DNA of 64,000 bases, taken from positions 797 to 64,796 of the forward strand of contig JBDRGY010000004.1 in the NCBI GenBank assembly GCA_043817315.1, given 5' to 3'. The stretch is from Patescibacteria group bacterium. GTDB lineage: Bacteria > Patescibacteriota > Patescibacteriia > JBDRGY01. This document shows, piece by piece, positions 58,970-64,000 of the stretch. Within the stretch, counting starts at the first letter, position 1, and the number at the start of each line of letters is the position of its first letter. Under the pieces are notes generated by a model. That model saw nothing but the letters and a program-made list of their open reading frames with translations. It searched no databases and was not told the DNA's origin. The position numbers and the translations under genes are program-made.

Positions 58970-59479
58970 ATGGCGAAAATTTTAATGATTATCGCGCCGG
59001 AAAGTTTTGATGCAAAGGAATTTAAAATTTGTAAGCAAACTATCGAAAAAGCCGGACATCAGGTAGACGTAGCTGCTCGCTACAAGGGAGAAGCTAAAAG
59101 TAATAAAGAAGACACCTATCAGGTAACAATTGGCATCAGGGAGGTGAAAATGGAAGAGTATCAGGGCATTCTGTTTATCGGCGGATCAGGGGCGGCCATC
59201 TATTTAAATGACGACGAAGCACATATATTAGTGCGGATCGCCAGCGATATCGGTCAAGCGATAGGGGCTATCAACATTGCCCCCTCTATTCTGGCCAATG
59301 CCGGAATACTCAGCGGCCGCAAAGCTTCTGTGTTTCCCTCTGAAGAGGAGAACATGAGGGCCAAGGGGGCAGAGCTGATGTCATCTGACGTTACAGTAGA
59401 CGGGAAAATCGTGACAGCTTCAGGCGCCTATGCGGCGGAGGAATTTGCCCGGCATTTTGTTGAGGCCTTGAACAAATAA
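58970..59479 (+). CDS. DJ-1/PfpI family protein (nucleophilic Cys replaced by Asn)
   Basis: F...E, FIGG.GA, GAINIAP, DG.IVTA.G. Confidence 0.85.
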   Translation: MAKILMIIAPESFDAKEFKICKQTIEKAGHQVDVAARYKGEAKSNKEDTYQVTIGIREVKMEEYQGILFIGGSGAAIYLNDDEAHILVRIASDIGQAIGAINIAPSILANAGILSGRKASVFPSEEENMRAKGAELMSSDVTVDGKIVTASGAYAAEEFARHFVEALNK

Positions 59480-59481
59480 CT

Positions 59482-59787
59482 ATGTCTAAAATATTAATAA
59501 CCACTAATTTTATTGTTCAGCCAGACAAGGTTAATCAGTTTAAAGATTTCCTGCAGTAATTGGTAAAGGCTGGCCAAGAGCTCAAGGGGGTTGAAAAAAG
59601 TTATATTTGTCGCCATCAAGAGTAGTCTAATATATTGTCCACCTGGACCATAATCGATACGCCGGCCAACGCCGAGAATCTCAAAAGAACTTTCCGAGAC
59701 GATATAGACTTTGCTCAAAAATATTTAGCGGCAATGGAGCTTCTGGAAGCTAAACCGAAATTAGCTACTTACCAAATCGTGGGATAA
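59482..59787 (+). pseudogene. ABM-like (dimeric alpha/beta barrel) gene with two in-frame stops
   Basis: MSKILITTNFIVQPDKVNQFKDFLQ*LVKAGQELKGVEKSYICRHQE*SNIL..LLEAKPKLATYQIVG*; TAA 59557, TAG 59623, no frameshift. Confidence 0.65.
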
Positions 59788-60097
59788 AAAAACGCCCCCA
59801 CATCCTCAAGGGCGCTTGTCAGTCAGCTGAAGGGTTACCTTCAATGGCCCACTGTCTAGGAGCGGGCGCCTGGCCAGGCGACAGGAATTCAGAAACCGAT
59901 CTCATGCCTTCTTACGCCCGGAAGACACGAATGCAGGGACGTCTGCATGCCGCAGGGGGTGGCGGACGGTGTCCTAGGTTCACTGCCAGGTCAGACTAGC
60001 TGATTCCTTTTCGAACAGCTGACTTATGTAGCGCTTATGGAGGAATAGGGAGCGTCAAAGCTCCTTGATAATGAACAAAATCCGAGTAAGCGGATAA
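59787..60097 (-). ncRNA. Candidate structured ncRNA 2 (own promoter and terminator)
   Basis: TTGACG(60131)-17-TAATAT; nested long-range stems; terminator stem+T-run ~59787-59815; no ORF in the track. Confidence 0.55.
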
Positions 60098-60180
60098 ATA
60101 AGATATTATACCCTATTATTATCTACGTCAAGTAATCATTACCCTTTTTAAGGAAATTTGTTATAATTAATTAAGCTATT

Positions 60181-60696
60181 ATGGAGGACCAAAAGAAAAA
60201 TACCGCTTTTTTGTACCTTTTTGGTGTAATTATCGTTTGTTTTATTGCTCTGCGAATTTTTCAGGTTACAGTGTCAGACGAAGAAGAGAAAACTAACCAG
60301 GCAGTAGCAAACTCTAATGTGGCTAATGCCAGCATTGAAGAAAACTTTCAACTACTCCTGGAGATCAGAGCTCCTTTTTCCAATACATCAATCCAAATTG
60401 ATAATGAAGGCCAGATTACCTATCAAAAAATTGTATTTGGTTTGCAAGAAGATAGTCAGCAAGAAAAAACTATCAATCAAGAAAAACTTATAAATCTGCA
60501 GAATCTAATATCAAGTAGCCAGTTCTTTTCCATGAATAGTGCCTATCGGTCCCAGGAAATCGTGGAAGACTCCACTTTCTCTATTTTGAGTATTAGCTGG
60601 GACGAGGATGATCACTCTGTCTTATGTGAGACTAATTGTCCGGATGGTTTTAATAGTATTCAAACGCAAGTCGAATCACTTTGGAATAATATTTAA
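60181..60696 (+). CDS. Membrane-anchored hypothetical protein
   Basis: N-terminal TM helix, I...G.I, FF.M...Y, C...CP..F. Confidence 0.7.
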   Translation: MEDQKKNTAFLYLFGVIIVCFIALRIFQVTVSDEEEKTNQAVANSNVANASIEENFQLLLEIRAPFSNTSIQIDNEGQITYQKIVFGLQEDSQQEKTINQEKLINLQNLISSSQFFSMNSAYRSQEIVEDSTFSILSISWDEDDHSVLCETNCPDGFNSIQTQVESLWNNI

Positions 60697-60706
60697 TTAT
60701 ATCAAT

Positions 60707-61654
60707 ATGAAAGCAATTCGTTATCTTATCTTCCTGGCAATTTTCTTAGTCGTCGTTTACGGAATTCTAACCGTGACTTATTTCGGTTTATATTCCGATT
60801 CCAAATATGCCAAGGGCCAGGATTTAGAAGCAGCCCAGGATGGTCAATTTGTCAATTTGTCGACCGGAGAAATTTTTTACCGTGAGGCTGGACTGGGTAA
60901 AAAAGTAATCTTTCTTCATGGCTTTGGCGATTCTTCAGCCAGCTTCGAGAAGATAATGGAAGAAATGAGCAGCCAGTACCGGGTCTATGCTTTAGATTTT
61001 CCGGGTTTTGGTTTTTCCAGCAAAGAAAAAACAAACGAAATGAATCTGGAAGAAAAGGTTCAGACAGTCTTGGACTTTATGGATTTTAAGAACACGGATA
61101 AAGTGTATTTAGTCGGTCACTCCATGGGAGGAGCAGTGGCTACTCAACTGGCTGTTGATTATCCAGAAAAAGTAGAGAAACTGGCTTTAATCTCGACCGC
61201 TGGATACGGGGATGATCATGGAGCCTATTCGACACTAAAATGGATTCCTCCTCCGCTGGATAAGCTTTTTGTCCGCTGGTTCTTGTTTAACAATAATACA
61301 GTAAAAAAGAATCTGGATGCAGCTTTTTATGATGATGATTTGGCCTCAATAGAGTTAGTAAACCAGTATCTGGAACCCACTCAAACCAAAGGGGCGGATT
61401 GGAGCTACTTGAAAAATATCAAACAAGGTATTGCTCCGGATCTTAAAGATGAGTTTGCCAAGGTTACACAGCCGACACTATTAATCTGGGGCAGGGATGA
61501 CGAAATGATATCCAGTGACACCATGGCCTCCTTAAGGGGAATAATGCCGAATGCAACAGGTTATTTCTTAGAATTTACCGGACATCTGGTCCACCAGGAA
61601 AGCCCTGAGGGAGTAGCTTCACTGCTGGAAAATTTCTTTAGTCAAATTCTATAA
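60707..61654 (+). CDS. Membrane-anchored alpha/beta hydrolase
   Basis: FLHGF, D.PGFG.S, GHSMGG, WG.DD, GH. Confidence 0.9.
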   Translation: MKAIRYLIFLAIFLVVVYGILTVTYFGLYSDSKYAKGQDLEAAQDGQFVNLSTGEIFYREAGLGKKVIFLHGFGDSSASFEKIMEEMSSQYRVYALDFPGFGFSSKEKTNEMNLEEKVQTVLDFMDFKNTDKVYLVGHSMGGAVATQLAVDYPEKVEKLALISTAGYGDDHGAYSTLKWIPPPLDKLFVRWFLFNNNTVKKNLDAAFYDDDLASIELVNQYLEPTQTKGADWSYLKNIKQGIAPDLKDEFAKVTQPTLLIWGRDDEMISSDTMASLRGIMPNATGYFLEFTGHLVHQESPEGVASLLENFFSQIL

Positions 61655-61657
61655 ACG

Positions 61658-62173
61658 ATGAATTTCTTTGAGCTGATAAAAAAACGGCATTCAATTCGTC
61701 AATACAAAAAACGGGAAGTACAAAAAGATAATATCAAAAAGATATTGGAAGCGGTTAAGACTGCTCCCTCTGCTGGCAATGTTCAGGCATACCATATCTT
61801 TGTGGTTAAGCAACAAGCCAATAAAGATCAGTTGGCCCTGGCCGCTTTCGGCCAGAATTTTATTGCTCAAGCGGGAGTGGTTTTTGTCTTTATGGCGGAC
61901 CCCTCTCGTTCCTCCTCGCGGTACGGCTCCAGGGGGGCGGAATTATACGCCACCCAAGATGCCACCATTGCCTGTAGTTATGCTCAATTAGCTGCTCGGG
62001 ATCTGGGATTGGGAGCTTGTTGGGTCGGGGCCTTTGACGAAGAAAGAGTCAGGCTGATTTTAAAAGCTCCCAACGAGATGTTGCCGGTGGCCATCCTGCC
62101 GGTTGGCTATTCAGCAGTTCCCGGAAGTAGATGCCAAAGAAGGCCCCTCAAAGATATTTTCACTGATAGTTAA
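61658..62173 (+). CDS. Nitroreductase family protein
   Basis: RHSIRQY, APSAGN.Q, GLG.CW.G, VGY. Confidence 0.92.
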   Translation: MNFFELIKKRHSIRQYKKREVQKDNIKKILEAVKTAPSAGNVQAYHIFVVKQQANKDQLALAAFGQNFIAQAGVVFVFMADPSRSSSRYGSRGAELYATQDATIACSYAQLAARDLGLGACWVGAFDEERVRLILKAPNEMLPVAILPVGYSAVPGSRCQRRPLKDIFTDS

Positions 62174-62244
62174 TAAAGTGCCAGGTCTGACGAGTATCTA
62201 GCGCTTTTTTTATTGGTTTATTCGGGTTATAATTAAACTACTTT

Positions 62245-63564
62245 ATGCAGCAAATCGCCTTATCCATTATCAAAAAACTACAAGCCGCCGGCTTTGTGGC
62301 TTATCTGGCCGGTGGTTTTGTGCGTGATAAATTGATGAAGAAGCAGCCGGATGATTTTGACATTGCTACTTCAGCCAAACCCAGTCAAATAGAAAAGTTA
62401 ATGCCCAAGACCATTTCCGTGGGTAAAGAGTTTGGTGTCATTATTGCTATTGTCAAAGGTCACAGTTTTGAAATAGCCACTTTCCGTTCCGATGCCGGTT
62501 ATTCAGATGGGCGTCGGCCCGATGCTGTTTATTACGCTAAGCCAGCCAATGATGCCCAGCGTAGAGATTTTACCATCAACGGCATGTTTTATGATCCGAC
62601 CAAAAAGAAAGTGATTGATTTTGTCGGGGGACAAAAGGATTTAAAGAAGAAGATAGTACGTTTTATTGGTGATCCCAACAAAAGGATCAAAGAAGATCAC
62701 TTACGACTCCTACGTGCCATCAGATTCAAAAACGTTCTAGGGTTTAAATATCATCCTAAGGCTTGGCTAGCAGTTAAGAAACATGCCAAGCTAATCAGAA
62801 CTGTTTCCGGGGAAAGGATTAAACAGGAGCTAGACAAGATTTTAGCATCTCCCAATCGAGCCAAGGCCATTTTGGATTTACAAAAGTCCGGAATCTTAGC
62901 ACAAATATTGCCGGAAGTAATTAAAATGATAGGAGTAGCTCAACCTTATCAATTTCACGGTAGGGCAGACGTTTTTAAGCATACTATTAAGTGTGTGGCT
63001 CAATTACCGGAAGAAGTTTCCCGGGAACTGGCCTGGGCGGCCCTATTACACGATTTGGGTAAGCCGGCAACGTTTAGGCGGGCTGATCGTATCCGTTTTA
63101 CCAGACATGTTCAGAAGTCAGTGGAAATTTCCAAGAAGATTCTAAAGAGACTTCATTTCTCCCGGAAAGAATCAGAGAAAATCTTATGGTTGGTCAAGTA
63201 TCATCATCTGTTACAGAGTTATGACGACATGAAATTATCAACCAGAAGGAAATGGTTACTGGATCCTTTTTTTCCTGATTTATTGGAATTGGCCAAGGCT
63301 GATACCGAAGCTACTCCGGCCATTCGTTGGTTTAAGGAGTATAAAAAAATAAAAGCAGCTATGGGGGCGGCCCATAAGAAATTCCCCAAAATTCCTAAAT
63401 TGATTTCTGGTAAAGAAGTGATGAAATGGTGTAAAATAGAGGAAGGACCGATGGTTGGAAAGATACTGGCTAAAGTTAAAGAGGCCCAGTTGGCTGGCAA
63501 GCTAAAGACTAAAACCGAGGCCAGAAACTATGTTAAAAAAATTAAAGTATCAAACATCAGGTGA
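62245..63564 (+). CDS. cca: CCA tRNA nucleotidyltransferase (with HD domain)
   Basis: GGFVRD..D.DIAT, RRDFTIN, ED.LR.LRA.RF, LLHDLGK. Confidence 0.92.
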   Translation: MQQIALSIIKKLQAAGFVAYLAGGFVRDKLMKKQPDDFDIATSAKPSQIEKLMPKTISVGKEFGVIIAIVKGHSFEIATFRSDAGYSDGRRPDAVYYAKPANDAQRRDFTINGMFYDPTKKKVIDFVGGQKDLKKKIVRFIGDPNKRIKEDHLRLLRAIRFKNVLGFKYHPKAWLAVKKHAKLIRTVSGERIKQELDKILASPNRAKAILDLQKSGILAQILPEVIKMIGVAQPYQFHGRADVFKHTIKCVAQLPEEVSRELAWAALLHDLGKPATFRRADRIRFTRHVQKSVEISKKILKRLHFSRKESEKILWLVKYHHLLQSYDDMKLSTRRKWLLDPFFPDLLELAKADTEATPAIRWFKEYKKIKAAMGAAHKKFPKIPKLISGKEVMKWCKIEEGPMVGKILAKVKEAQLAGKLKTKTEARNYVKKIKVSNIR

Positions 63565-63943
63565 TGGCTGTGAAGTGATTGATGTCACCGGCGACATCCA
63601 GGATTTAGTTAGCCAGTCTTCGGTTCAAGAAGGGTTAGTTGCAGTCTGCGTGCCGGGCTCAACAGCCTCTATCAGCACTACAGAATTTGAGCCGAATACG
63701 GTGGTCGATATTAAGAATCTTTTTGAAAAAGTCATTCCTGATGCCCAGGATTACCAGCACAACAAAACCTGGGGAGATGGGAATGGCTTTTCTCATTTAC
63801 GGGCCACTTTGCTTGGTCCTTCCCAAAGTTTTGCCATTGCCAAAGGCCAGGTATTAACTGGTAGCTGGCAGCAGATTGTCTTGATAGATTTCGATAATAA
63901 AGCCAAAACCAGAGAAGTAATTGTGAAAATTATTAAGGGGTAG
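63530..63943 (+). CDS. yjbQ: YjbQ family protein (UPF0047)
   Basis: D.T, GSTA, Y.H, NG.SH, G.WQ.I...FD..R. Confidence 0.88.
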   Translation: MLKKLKYQTSGDGCEVIDVTGDIQDLVSQSSVQEGLVAVCVPGSTASISTTEFEPNTVVDIKNLFEKVIPDAQDYQHNKTWGDGNGFSHLRATLLGPSQSFAIAKGQVLTGSWQQIVLIDFDNKAKTREVIVKIIKG

Positions 63944-64000
63944 CAAAATCGCTAGGAACCAGGCCCTGAGGGGCTTTTTTTGTTGACTTTTTTCCATAAA

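Noticed and set aside
54437-59787. Alternative genetic code (stop reassignment)
   Set aside because: TAA, TAG and TGA all terminate conserved genes at the expected positions; only two ORFs have internal stops

Overview
Chromosomal segment from a small-genome bacterium, most consistent with Patescibacteria/CPR (inferred from tightly packed AT-rich genes mostly lacking Shine-Dalgarno (SD) sites, a short mraZ-rsmH-ftsL-ftsI-murF cluster, archaeal-type pyrH and many small membrane/secreted hypotheticals; standard stop codons incl. TGA). The backbone carries uppS, rarA, queH, tdh-kbl, mutM, uppP, a sortase plus substrate, pcm, mltG, pyrH, rplJ-rplL, tsaB, dcw genes and cca. Scattered through it are about 12 visibly GC-richer, self-contained mini transcription units. 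Each has a near-consensus TTGAC-N16-18-TANNNT promoter and its own terminator, most have a boxA-like heptamer, and the coding ones have strong SD sites. Their cargo is (i) secreted proteins ending in a WGS[IV]KA[ML]YR motif typical of a different bacterial lineage, (ii) five divergent SH3/KOW-like mini-proteins, (iii) a short acidic peptide behind a long leader and (iv) two apparently non-coding structured RNAs. Also notable: a GIY-YIG gene between a duplicated tRNA-Pro 5' fragment and the intact tRNA, three tandem apparently inactive GIY-YIG-like proteins, several pseudo-enzymes and two ORFs broken only by in-frame stops. All family assignments are motif recognition by eye, without database searches.
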